A stretch of 64,000 nucleotides of DNA from an uncultured Chloroflexia bacterium (GCA_963774265.1 CAVZDU010000010.1:224001-288000), one strand, 5' to 3'; positions 47,505-57,300 are shown, numbered from the stretch's first letter. Program-made: numbers and translations. The notes: generated by a model from the sequence alone, not told the origin.

Positions 47505-49904
47505 ATGCGCGGGGATGACGCCGTCAGCCTATCCGAGCAGCCCGGCTGGGCAATGCGTCTCGCGCGGCGCTTCCGACCCTCCACCGGATGGGGCGTGTTT
47601 CTGTTGGCGTCCAGCGCGATGATTCTTCTGCCCGTTGCACTGGCTGACGGCGAGCTGCTTACTGGTCTGAATCGAACAGTGTTGCTTTCGGTTATTTCGT
47701 TTGCGTTTGCCTGGTGGCTCGCCCTTCGACGCATGCCAGGCCTGGCTGCGTCCGCGCTGATTGGCCTGGCAGGTGTGACTGTTGATCTCCTCTGGGGCGT
47801 CTTTGTGTTGCGGCCAGGTGCGTTGGCGTCGCAGCTTCTCAATTGGTGGACCTGGTCCTTCAGCGATCGTCAGGGAACCGAACCGGCAATCACTTTCTTT
47901 CGCGAGCAATGGTCGTTGCTCGGTGGTTATCTCCAGCGCGTTGGTTGGTGGATCAAGGGCCTGCTAGTTGGACCCGGCGCCCCGGATAATTTGGCTGTCA
48001 TTGGCCTGATCATTCTCCTGACATGGTTGATCGCCGCCTGGGCTGCGTGGTGGATTGCACGTCACGGTCAGACGTTCGTTGCGCTTTTGCCGACGGGGGC
48101 GCTCCTGGCTCAGCACGCGTACTGGGCGCCACCGACATTGGGCTACTTGCTTGTTTTTCTTGGTGTGACCGTGTTTCTGCTCGTGTTCGTGCGCATGGTG
48201 TTCAATATGCGCGCCTGGGACGAAGCCGGCGTGGATTACGCAGAGGACATCCGATTGGACATGTTGTTCAGCGCACTCGGGCTGACACTCATCGTTACTT
48301 TCCTATCGCCAGCGCTGCCGTTCTTCGCATCCGGTGAATTTTCGCAGAGGTTCTGGAAACTGCTGGAGTCGCCATGGCGAACCGTGGAACAGCAGGTAAG
48401 CGCAAGCTTTAGCGTGGCCCAGCCGGTGCGCTCGCTCGTTCCGCCGTCGGGTGCGGCGCCCGGGGGCTTACCGCGCGCCCATCTGCTGGGTGGCCGGCCA
48501 GAACTTGGCGCGGAGATAGCCTTGCGCGTCAACGTCCGCGGCGACCCTTCTGGTTTGCAGCTTTACTGGCGCGGGCAGACCTATGCTACGTATACGGGAC
48601 GGGGCTGGGAGAACGACGCAGAAAGGGTGTCGGAGCAATCCTTCGAGGCAGGTCAGCCGTGGAGCGCTGACTTGCCGTCAAGCAAGGGCCGGCGCCCAAT
48701 CGTCGCTGCGGTGGAGATTGTGGCCGCGTCGCGCAGTGTTGTATACGCGCCTCTCGAACCAATCGCAATTGACCGGCCGTATCGGGCGTTCTTGCGGGCG
48801 CCGGGCGACCTGGTGGCGCTGTCGTCCGAGCGAAAGGCAGAGACCTACACCGTGTTGTCGTACGTCCCGGCGCCAGACGCGACCATCCTGGGCGGGGCCG
48901 GAACGGCGTACCCGTCTGACGTGACCTCTCGCTACTTGCAGCTTCCAGCTGACCTGGATCCCCGCCTCTCGGTGCTTGTAGCATCCTGGACGAAAGGCGC
49001 AACAAGCCAGTACGACAAGGCCGTGGCCATCGAACGAGAATTGCGGCGCATCACCTACTCGCTGGACGTGCCCCTGCCGCCAGATGGCCGCGAACTGGTG
49101 TCCTGGTTTATCTTCGATCTGAGGCGCGGTTACTGCGATTACTACGCCTCGGCAATGATCGTACTCGCGCGGTTGGCCGGCATCCCCGCCAGGTTGGCCA
49201 TTGGCTATGCCACCGGCGATTTTGACGAGAAGACAGGACAGTATGTAGTGACCGAGCTTCAGGCACACTCATGGCCCGAGTTGTATTTCCCAGGGGTCGG
49301 CTGGCTGCCATTCGAACCGACGGCTGGACTTCCGCTCGTTGAGCGAGAGCCGGGCCAACCGTCCCCCAGTTCTCCGCTGGGCGCCGCAGGCGGTCCCGAG
49401 GATCTGGACTCGGGCATGGCGGAGCTTCGAGTGCTCGCAAGAGAGAACGCTGTGGTTGAGCGACGGCAGGCCGCAGGACGTGGGTTGTGGGCTGCCGTGT
49501 TGGCGCTGATCGTCGCTTGGGCAGTCTGGCTGACTGCATCATCCAGGCAGCCTATCCCTGTGGTGGCTGGTGAGTCGGTTGAAGCGTATGACCGCGTTGC
49601 TGGCTGGGGCCGGCGCTTGGGCAAGCCGATCAGCCGAGGCGAAACGCCGCGCGAGTACATGATTGGACTGAGCAAGGTCGCGGAAACGATCGCGGACCGC
49701 GCTCGCTGGCGCAAACAGCGCGTAAGGTGGGCGGCTTCAGTGGTGGTCATTGAGGGCGCGTTGCTGACCACAGACGTGGAGCGTAGCCTTTTTGCACCGG
49801 AGGGCGAGCTAGCGCAACCCTTATCGAAGAGAAACAGGTTGAGGGCTGCACTGCGCGAGCTGTGGCTTGCTCGCGCGAGCGGTCACCCCGAAGATCTCTC
49901 CTGA
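47505..49904 (+). CDS. membrane transglutaminase-like protein (TgpA-like), second paralog
   Basis: YWRGQTY, GYCDYYASAM, QAHSWPELYFPGVGWLPFEPT. Confidence 0.9.
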   Translation: MRGDDAVSLSEQPGWAMRLARRFRPSTGWGVFLLASSAMILLPVALADGELLTGLNRTVLLSVISFAFAWWLALRRMPGLAASALIGLAGVTVDLLWGVFVLRPGALASQLLNWWTWSFSDRQGTEPAITFFREQWSLLGGYLQRVGWWIKGLLVGPGAPDNLAVIGLIILLTWLIAAWAAWWIARHGQTFVALLPTGALLAQHAYWAPPTLGYLLVFLGVTVFLLVFVRMVFNMRAWDEAGVDYAEDIRLDMLFSALGLTLIVTFLSPALPFFASGEFSQRFWKLLESPWRTVEQQVSASFSVAQPVRSLVPPSGAAPGGLPRAHLLGGRPELGAEIALRVNVRGDPSGLQLYWRGQTYATYTGRGWENDAERVSEQSFEAGQPWSADLPSSKGRRPIVAAVEIVAASRSVVYAPLEPIAIDRPYRAFLRAPGDLVALSSERKAETYTVLSYVPAPDATILGGAGTAYPSDVTSRYLQLPADLDPRLSVLVASWTKGATSQYDKAVAIERELRRITYSLDVPLPPDGRELVSWFIFDLRRGYCDYYASAMIVLARLAGIPARLAIGYATGDFDEKTGQYVVTELQAHSWPELYFPGVGWLPFEPTAGLPLVEREPGQPSPSSPLGAAGGPEDLDSGMAELRVLARENAVVERRQAAGRGLWAAVLALIVAWAVWLTASSRQPIPVVAGESVEAYDRVAGWGRRLGKPISRGETPREYMIGLSKVAETIADRARWRKQRVRWAASVVVIEGALLTTDVERSLFAPEGELAQPLSKRNRLRAALRELWLARASGHPEDLS

Positions 49905-49905
49905 C

Positions 49906-50994
49906 CTATACATTGAACCGGATGTTCAGAATATCGCCATTCTGAACGATATACTCTTTCCCCTCTAACCGTAGCGCCCCTTTTTGTTTCGCCGCCACCA
50001 GGCCGCCTGCGTTGATCAGCGCATCGTAGGATGTGACCTCGGCTCTGATAAAGCCACGCGCAAGATCGGAATGGATTGCGCCAGCCGCGTCCACCGAGTT
50101 CGCGCCCACGGGGATGGGCCAGGCTCGGACCTCATCTTCGCCCACAGTGAAAAAGCTGTGAAGGCCGAGTAGGGTGTAGCTCATGCGGATGACCCGATTT
50201 AGGCCGGGTTCGGAGATGCCGTACTCTGACAGGAACTCGGCGGCATCGTCGGGGGGCAACTGCGCTAGTTCCATTTCCAATCGGCCCTGAATCGCGGCAA
50301 TCGTTGTGTGCCGGTGCCGGTAGTTGCAGAGCGATTCGATCGCCTGGTCTGCCGGACTGTCACCGACATTCAAAACAATCAACAGAGGCTTGAGGGTGAG
50401 CAAACCATAGTTGCGTAGCGACTTGAGCTCGGCGCCCTCCAGATCCATGTCGCGCAAAGGCGCACCGTGATCCAGTGTCTCATGCAGGCGCAAGAAGAGC
50501 GCTAACTCGGTTTCATCCTTTGCCTTTTGCAGCCGGTCACCGCCCTTCTTCAGCCCTATCTGAAGTCGCTCGATGCGGCGCTCTACGATGATCTGGTCAG
50601 ATAGGAGAAGTTCGTCGTCGATAATCGCGATATCGCGACAGGGGTCAACTGACCCCTCGGAGTGCGGTATGTCCGGGTCCTCGAAGGCGCGCACGACGTG
50701 GAGCAGCGCATCGCTCTGGCTCAGCGTGTTCAGGAGGGGCCCACTCAACCCGCCCGCGCCAACGCCTTTCGCCAGACCGGCTATGTCTGCATAGGTGACC
50801 TTCGCGTACGTGGTCTTGCGAGGCTTGAACATCGAGGACAGGCGGTCGACGCGCTCGTCCGGTACGTCAACCGTTGCGCTGTGCACCTCAAACTGGCCCG
50901 AGGAAAACGCAGCTGTCTCCAGGTTGCCACGGGTCAACGCGTTGAAAATGGTCGTCTTGGTGCTGTTAGGGAGTCCGACAATTGCAATGTGCAT
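49906..50994 (-). CDS. ychF: Obg-family ATPase YchF
   Basis: Start MHIAIVGLPN at 50994; VPDERVD, DIAGL, HVVRAF, FFTVGEDEVRAW, IHSDLARGFIRAE, EGKEYIVQNGD, FNV. Confidence 0.95.
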   Translation of the reverse strand: MHIAIVGLPNSTKTTIFNALTRGNLETAAFSSGQFEVHSATVDVPDERVDRLSSMFKPRKTTYAKVTYADIAGLAKGVGAGGLSGPLLNTLSQSDALLHVVRAFEDPDIPHSEGSVDPCRDIAIIDDELLLSDQIIVERRIERLQIGLKKGGDRLQKAKDETELALFLRLHETLDHGAPLRDMDLEGAELKSLRNYGLLTLKPLLIVLNVGDSPADQAIESLCNYRHRHTTIAAIQGRLEMELAQLPPDDAAEFLSEYGISEPGLNRVIRMSYTLLGLHSFFTVGEDEVRAWPIPVGANSVDAAGAIHSDLARGFIRAEVTSYDALINAGGLVAAKQKGALRLEGKEYIVQNGDILNIRFNV

Positions 50995-51161
50995 CTCTAT
51001 ACACCAGGGTTGGATCGGTTTGACTGTTGATAATCGATCGCGGAGTATACCATGCGTCTGCGAAATCAGACCAAACGTGTGTGGCGGTTTGGGGAGGAGG
51101 TCGCGAAAGATGGTAGAATAGCCGTCGATGTGGATCCACCGAGCGATACAAAGGATGGCTG

Positions 51162-51767
51162 ATGCATTTGCCAACATCTTATGAGGCCGAGCAGCTGCTG
51201 GCGGATGCGGCGACCCGGAATCCGGGACCTTGGATCGCGCACTCTTTTCGCGTGGGGGATGCAGCAAGGCGGATTGCCGAGTTGGTCCCGGGCCTGAAGG
51301 CCGAGGAGGCGTTCATCCTGGGATTACTGCATGACATCGGCCGGCGCGAGGGCATCACCGGGATGCGGCACGTCTTGGACGGGTATGTCTATCTTGGCGG
51401 TCTGGGATATGCGGACGCCGCGCGCATTTGCATGACGCATTCGTTCCAGAATCGAGATCATCGCGAGATCTTTGGTGAGTGGGATTGCGACGCGTCAGAG
51501 CTGGCGTTTATTCAAGGGTATCTTGACCAGATAGAACTGGACGACTACGATCGACTCATCCAACTGTGCGATTCGTTGGCTATGGCCCAGGGTTTCGTCC
51601 TGATGGAGAAGCGGATGATGGATGTGGCGCTACGGTACGGTGTGAACGAGTTCAGTGTGCGCAAGTGGCGCAAGACGTTCGAGATCCGATCGGACTTTGA
51701 GGGGCGCATGGGCTGTTCGGTTTACAGTCTGCTGCCCGGAGTCATCGACAATACCTTTGAGAGGTAA
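51162..51767 (+). CDS. HD-domain phosphohydrolase
   Basis: WIAHS, LLHDIGR, RH, THSF, LCD. Confidence 0.88.
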   Translation: MHLPTSYEAEQLLADAATRNPGPWIAHSFRVGDAARRIAELVPGLKAEEAFILGLLHDIGRREGITGMRHVLDGYVYLGGLGYADAARICMTHSFQNRDHREIFGEWDCDASELAFIQGYLDQIELDDYDRLIQLCDSLAMAQGFVLMEKRMMDVALRYGVNEFSVRKWRKTFEIRSDFEGRMGCSVYSLLPGVIDNTFER

Positions 51768-51769
51768 GC

Positions 51770-52207
51770 ATGCGTGTCTTTCTAGCGGGCGTCATGCAGG
51801 CGTCGTTGCCTGGCAAGGGGATAGTGGATCAGGGGTATCGCAACGCGATCGGCGATGCGTTGCTGGCGAAGTGGCCCGACATTGACGTGGTCGATCCGTT
51901 GATCTTGCACCCGAACAGCGTGGAGTACGATTATGAGGCCGCGCGCGAGACATTGTTTGCATTGATCACACTGGCCACGACGTGCGATCTGGTGATTGCC
52001 TATGTGCCGCAAGCCAGCATGGGGACCGCGCTGGAGATGAACGCAGCCTACCAGGCGGGTATCCCGGTCATTGCGATTTCGCCCATGCGCGAAAACTGGG
52101 TGATTCGCGCTGTCTCTGATCGTATCCTGGCCGACCTTCAGTCGTTCATGGTGCTTCTGTCTACTTTGGATCAGCCAAATGATTTAATTGACAGAGCTCG
52201 GCGCTGA
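51770..52207 (+). CDS. nucleoside 2-deoxyribosyltransferase-like (NDT/Rcl fold) protein
   Basis: VFLAG, DP..LHP, CDLVIAY, SMGTALEM, GIPVI. Confidence 0.7.
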   Translation: MRVFLAGVMQASLPGKGIVDQGYRNAIGDALLAKWPDIDVVDPLILHPNSVEYDYEAARETLFALITLATTCDLVIAYVPQASMGTALEMNAAYQAGIPVIAISPMRENWVIRAVSDRILADLQSFMVLLSTLDQPNDLIDRARR

Positions 52208-52216
52208 GACTAGAAT
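52188..52216 (+). promoter_or_regulatory. tRNA promoter
   Basis: TTGACA-17 nt-TAGAAT, 8 nt before the tRNA. Confidence 0.75.
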
Positions 52217-52224
52217 CGAATTGC

Positions 52225-52300
52225 GCCCCCATAGCTCAAAGGATAGAGCAGATGCCTTCTAAGCATAAGGTTGCAGGTTCGAGTCCTGCTGGGGGTACCA
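52225..52300 (+). tRNA. tRNA-Arg (anticodon TCT)
   Basis: Acceptor stem GCCCCCA/TGGGGGT, D-arm GCTC/GAGC, anticodon loop CTTCTAA, T-arm GCAGG-TTCGAGT-CCTGC, encoded CCA. Confidence 0.96.
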
Positions 52301-52306
52301 TAACGC

Positions 52307-52343
52307 GAGAGAGGGAGGATCTCCCCAAGATCCTCCCTCTCTC
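52307..52343 (+). terminator. 16-bp perfect hairpin downstream of the tRNA
   Basis: GAGAGAGGGAGGATCT-CCCCA-AGATCCTCCCTCTCTC; no U-tract. Confidence 0.5.
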
Positions 52344-52577
52344 ACCTGCATCCACCCAACACCCATCGCAATCTCTACACCACACCCTCAGAAACAACGG
52401 TCGTCTCGACTCCCCCAAGTCGTCACAACCGCCAGAAGCTTACTCACACTCAACTCGAACCTTGTGCCTCACAACCTTGATCTAAGAGCAGCATAGCGCA
52501 TCCAGGGGACTGCTGTCATCAATCGAAAGTCGTGTTTTTTCTATCCGGTTTGTACGATGATTGATGTACATCTGCTG

Positions 52578-53570
52578 TTATTTTAGCAGTATTGGCGTCT
52601 GTTCGCGGGCTGACTGCAGTAGCCCCAGGATCGTCGCGACGTTGTTGCGGCTGTCACTGAGCTGGATACGCTGCGGCTTCCCGAAGACAACGGCATCGTA
52701 CAGGTCTTCCACCTCACCAAGGTAGAGCTCTTGATCCGCGAAGCGCAGCGTTTCGACAGGCCCGTCACCCCGTTGCAGATCCAGCTGACTTGCATCATCA
52801 GGCTTAAAGGCATTGCTCAGCGTGATGCAGCCTTCGCTGCCGACGAATTCCATGATCATCCGCAGCGCAGACTCGAAGCCTGAGTCAAACTGCGCGAACA
52901 CGCCGTTCCCAAAGTGCATCTGGCCGAAGAACGACATGTCCACACCGGTGGGACCCACAATCTGCCAACCAAAGACCTCTTCGGGAGCAAGCCCACCTGA
53001 GACCGCCCGTGCAAAGCTGATCGGATAGCAGCCGACGTCCCAAATGCTTCCTCCGCCCAACTCCGGCTTGAGCCTGACGTCGCCGGTTCGCCCAAGCGGG
53101 TATGTGAAACCACCCCGGATAAGCCGCAACCGGCCGATAGTCCCTGTTTCGATCAACTCACAGACCTTGAGAGTTTGTGGGTGGTGTCGATACATGAAGG
53201 CTTCAGCGATGACCACCCCATTCTTCGCGCCTGCTTCGGCAATCGCGTCAACGTCCTCGACGGTAAGCGCAATCGGCTTCTCACACAGCACATGTTTTCC
53301 CGCCTTCGCTGCCTTGATGGCCCACTCGGCATGAAACCGATTCGGCAGTGAGATATACACCACGTCGATTTCCGGGTCAGCCAACAGCGCCTCATAGCTT
53401 CCGTGGGCGCGTTCGATGCCCTTTTCCCTTGCGTACTGCTGCGCCCGCTCAAGTTCCCGGCTGGCCACTGCCAGCAACCGATTGCGAGGTGAAATTGTGA
53501 GGGGTGGGATCAGCGCGCGGTTGATACGCGCTGTCCCCAGGATGCCCCAACGAAGAACTTTTGTGTCCAT
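52578..53570 (-). CDS. Gfo/Idh/MocA-family oxidoreductase
   Basis: WGILGTARI, HVLCEKP, EAFMYRHHP, GGGSIWDVGCY. Confidence 0.92.
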   Translation of the reverse strand: MDTKVLRWGILGTARINRALIPPLTISPRNRLLAVASRELERAQQYAREKGIERAHGSYEALLADPEIDVVYISLPNRFHAEWAIKAAKAGKHVLCEKPIALTVEDVDAIAEAGAKNGVVIAEAFMYRHHPQTLKVCELIETGTIGRLRLIRGGFTYPLGRTGDVRLKPELGGGSIWDVGCYPISFARAVSGGLAPEEVFGWQIVGPTGVDMSFFGQMHFGNGVFAQFDSGFESALRMIMEFVGSEGCITLSNAFKPDDASQLDLQRGDGPVETLRFADQELYLGEVEDLYDAVVFGKPQRIQLSDSRNNVATILGLLQSAREQTPILLK

Positions 53571-53639
53571 GGCCGGCTCCCCCTTGAACTGAATGTGACC
53601 TCTTCTTCAAATGCGCGAACGGCGCTCTTACCTGTGAGC

Positions 53640-54689
53640 TCAGGACCCAAATAGGGCCACTAACCCGCGCCACACGTCATTCCGCCAGGCTGGATAGTTG
53701 TGCCCGCCACTGTACTCGCGGTACGCCACGTCGTAACCCCGCTGCTGCAAGAGCACATGCATTCGGCGGTTTGGTTCAAGTAACCACTCGTACCGGCCCA
53801 CATCCATCCAGATCTTCAAGGGTTGAATGGGCAGATGGCGCACCATAGGGACAGTGACCGTATCCGCATTGTCCAACTCGAATGCACCCGATTGGCTGAG
53901 CACATGGCCGAAAACGTTGGCCGCCCGCAGCCCTGTGTAGAGCGCCATCAGGCCGCCCATGGATGCGCCGAGCACACCGAACGCGCCGGGATGCTTGGCT
54001 GGGTCGATCAGGTGGAGGTGCTTTTGTGCCAGCGGAAGCACCTCCATTGTCACAAGGCTGATTGTTGCATCATTGCAGGAGTACTCGATTCCGCGCGCTG
54101 GCCCCCCGTTGTCCAGCAGCGCGAGCGCAACTGGCCTTATGCGACTCTCCGCGATGAGATTATCGATGATGTGCGTAATCCGGCCCCGCGTGATGTAGTC
54201 TTGTGCATCATAGACGACAATCAGCGGTACCGGCGCATCGGTTGGCGGGCGGTAAAGGTAGACCCACCGCTTGCCGGTTGCCAGGAGCCACCTGTTTTCA
54301 ATGCGATGGCGTGATAGATTCCCTTGGTTCACTCCGGAATCGCGCAAGATAAGGGGCGTAGGCTCCGCGCCCGGCATGTAGAAGTAGTTGTTGATGTGGC
54401 CCATCCCGTTGGGCGAAGTGTGTTCGTTGAACGGATCGGTTATTCGCGCTTCGTCTATAGGTTCGATGAGGAACGCGTACTCTATGTAGGCGTCCGAGGG
54501 GAGCTTCAGGCAAAACGACCAGACTCCTGCATCGACCTGCGACCACGGCGCGGCTGCGTCAGGATCCCAGGCATTGAAGTCGCCGATAAGATACGGCGGG
54601 TGATCGCCCTCCCAGAGGAAGATCGCTTCTTCCCCATCGATGAGGGGGGTGCCCCTACTCTGTGCGCGCTCCAGGAGAGGGTGGGCCAT
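53640..54689 (-). CDS. Fes-like esterase with N-terminal CBM48-like domain
   Basis: IGDFNAW...W, DPFN, GASMGG (nucleophile elbow), SQSGAF, GGHNYPAW. Confidence 0.85.
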   Translation of the reverse strand: MAHPLLERAQSRGTPLIDGEEAIFLWEGDHPPYLIGDFNAWDPDAAAPWSQVDAGVWSFCLKLPSDAYIEYAFLIEPIDEARITDPFNEHTSPNGMGHINNYFYMPGAEPTPLILRDSGVNQGNLSRHRIENRWLLATGKRWVYLYRPPTDAPVPLIVVYDAQDYITRGRITHIIDNLIAESRIRPVALALLDNGGPARGIEYSCNDATISLVTMEVLPLAQKHLHLIDPAKHPGAFGVLGASMGGLMALYTGLRAANVFGHVLSQSGAFELDNADTVTVPMVRHLPIQPLKIWMDVGRYEWLLEPNRRMHVLLQQRGYDVAYREYSGGHNYPAWRNDVWRGLVALFGS

Positions 54690-54946
54690 TGTCCCTCCGT
54701 CGATTCAAGATTCATCACCATGGTTACGACATGGGTCCGCATCCTAGCACAACGAAAGACCGCGCGCAACCATCGCGCGGTGCACTGTGCGTGGGGTTAT
54801 TTGGCACACTCGGCACAAATGTCTATAATCAGTCGTCAAAGAGTAAGTGGGCGACTCGGCGCAGGTCGACTTCGATCCGCGGCGGTCGCTTTTTGTTTGC
54901 CGCTCAGCCACACACTCCCATGGCAAAAGATGCCGCGCGGCTGAGC

Positions 54947-56400
54947 ATGAAAGGGTTATCGGTTTGCTCGTTGCCTTGTACGCAGTGGTTGCGCTTTGGC
55001 TGAGCCTGTACGGGTTTCAGGCGCTTGCGCTCACTGCACTCTATCTTCGCCACAGGCGTGCCAGCTCGCCCACGGCGGCAGTGACCGAGGGCGACTGGCC
55101 CGCGGTGGTTGTCCAGCTTCCTGTATTCAACGAACGCTACGTCGTCGAGCGATTGATAGACTCAGCCGCGGCCCTGGACTATCCTCGTGATCGCCTGATC
55201 ATCCAGGTGCTCGATGACTCGACTGACGAAACGACTGCTCTCGCCGAGACGCGCGGTGCATTTCACTGTGATTCTGGAATTGACGTGCGCGTGCTGCATC
55301 GCGATAATCGGCAGGGGTACAAGGCTGGTGCGATGGCGTGGGGCCTAAGGCAAGTCGACGGGGAGTTTGTGGCCGTTTTTGATGCCGACTTTCGCCCCCA
55401 TCCTGACTTCCTTCGAAAGACTGTCGCCGCTCTCATCGCCCGTCCTGATGTGGGGATGGTCCAGACCCGCTGGTCGCATCTGAATGACGAGTATTCCTAT
55501 TTGACGCATGCTCAGTCGCTTGTATTGGATGGACACTTCGTTGTTGAGCAGACCGCTCGCAGCCGTTCTGGACTGCTGATCAATTTTAACGGCTCCGGTG
55601 GTGTATGGCGTCGTGCCTGCATCGACGACGCGGGCGGCTGGCAGGCCGACACAATGACTGAGGACATGGACCTTAGCTACCGGGCCCAGTTGGCCGGTTG
55701 GCACACCCTGTATCTGCCGGATGTGGATGCGCCCGCCGAACTGCCGGCGCAGATGGAGGCCTTCAAGCGGCAACAGGCACGCTGGGCACAAGGATCAGTG
55801 CAGTGTCTGCGTAAGCTGACCGCTCCGATTCTCCGTAGCAATTTGGCGTGGTATCAGAAGCTGATGGCGATGGTGCATATCAGTGGGTACCTGAGCCAGC
55901 CGCTGATCGTCCTCCTGCTGCTCACCCTGCTGCCGATCCTCTGGACGCGTGAGCCGACGCCCACTTTCCTCGTAGCCCTGGCAGTGGCCAGCGTCGGACC
56001 GCCTCTGTTGTATGCGGTGGCTCAGGCCGCCCTGTATAGCGACTGGAAGCGCCGCTTCACGTATCTGCCAGCACTGTTAGCTGTCGGCGCTGGAATGACA
56101 TGGAGCACGACGCGTGCCGTCTGGCAGGGCTTGACTTCTTGGGGAGGCACTTTCAAGCGGACGCCAAAATTCCGCCTCGAAGGCCGCACAGGTCATTGGA
56201 CGTCCAACGCCTACCGCTTGGGCGCAGATTGGACTGTACTGGGCGAAATTGTTCTGTTCGTGTATGCGGTGGTGACTGCAGGCGTGGCTATCGCGCGCGG
56301 GCAATACGGTATCCTGCCATTCCTGATGCTGTACGTCATCGGTTATGCTGTCGTGGCCGCAAGCACACTCTGGCAGGGTCGTGGCGCACAGGCATCATAG
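54947..56400 (+). CDS. processive GT2 glycosyltransferase (cellulose-synthase-like)
   Basis: QLPVFNE, DDSTD, KAG, FDADF, TEDMD, QQARW (QxxRW), FKRTPK. The ATG at 54947 is one base out of frame, a probable indel. Confidence 0.9.
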
Positions 56401-56444
56401 TTTATAGGGTCGACTGCTATCTGGAATTCTCTGGAGACGAAATT

Positions 56445-57218
56445 ATGTGGCATCGCGCTTGGATCCTCATTTTATCTGTCATCGTTGCGCTTATTCTGAT
56501 GGCGCTCGCCGCGTTTGCACAAACGGCTGGTCCAACTGACACGGGAGGTGCCTGCTCAGCGGCCACTCCGTGCACCGACACGCCGCCGACGACTGGCGCG
56601 TTGAGGCTTGGCGCTTTAGCCGTCGAGGCCTCCGCTCCGGTTGGCGAGCAAGCGTCCGCACAGGAGCCCGCTAACTCCGGTTTCGGCCTGGCTTGGGCCG
56701 TAATGGCTGTGCTGATCGTGGCCTTGCTCTACGCGCTTGTAGCAGCCGTGCTAACTTCAATCGGTCGTGAAGCCCCTGTGTTCCCGGGTGGATCGAGTGT
56801 GTTCATTCCGCTCCTGTCCGTGCTCGGCCTGGGCGTCGCGCTCTACCTGACCTATGTCGAAACACAGAACGTTGCTGCTGTATGTGGTCCTGTGGGTGAC
56901 TGCAACACGGTCCAGGCGAGCCCGTTTGCCGAGTTGTTCGGGTTCCTCCCAGTCGGCTTGCTGGGGGCAGTGGGTTACGTAGCAATCCTGATCTCGTGGT
57001 TTGCACGGCGGCGATCTGAGGGAACAGTGGGCCGTCTTGCGCCACTAGCGGTTTTCGGCATGGCACTCTTCGGTGTGTTGTTCAGCATCTATCTGACCTA
57101 TCTTGAGCTTTACATAATAAAAGCAGTGTGCATCTGGTGCTTGACATCGGCTGTGATTATGTCGTTGGTGTTGGCGTTGTCGGTGGGGCCTGTCGTGGAG
57201 ACGCTGCAAGCGGAGTAG
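56445..57218 (+). CDS. vitamin K epoxide reductase (VKOR)-family disulfide-forming membrane protein
   Basis: VCGPVGDCNTVQAS, FSIYLTYLE, CIWC; GGAG before ATG 56445. Confidence 0.88.
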   Translation: MWHRAWILILSVIVALILMALAAFAQTAGPTDTGGACSAATPCTDTPPTTGALRLGALAVEASAPVGEQASAQEPANSGFGLAWAVMAVLIVALLYALVAAVLTSIGREAPVFPGGSSVFIPLLSVLGLGVALYLTYVETQNVAAVCGPVGDCNTVQASPFAELFGFLPVGLLGAVGYVAILISWFARRRSEGTVGRLAPLAVFGMALFGVLFSIYLTYLELYIIKAVCIWCLTSAVIMSLVLALSVGPVVETLQAE

Positions 57219-57300
57219 AGCACCCGAAGTTGCTCGTGAACCCGCACCGTAGTACAATCATTGCGTTGCTAAGTTCTAACCGATTCAAAGGAGAGACACG

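Noticed and set aside
52236-52485. Short ORFs overlapping the tRNA
   Set aside because: Spurious translations of the tRNA and its hairpin (for example PPAGLEPAT is an antisense-tRNA artefact).
52225-54689. Genomic island integrated at tRNA-Arg
   Set aside because: No integrase and no att duplicate were seen, and the downstream genes have ordinary composition.
57219-57300. Iron-responsive element or Fur box upstream of ferritin
   Set aside because: No CAGUG loop or convincing Fur-type palindrome is present, only a plausible TTGCTC-17-TACAAT promoter.
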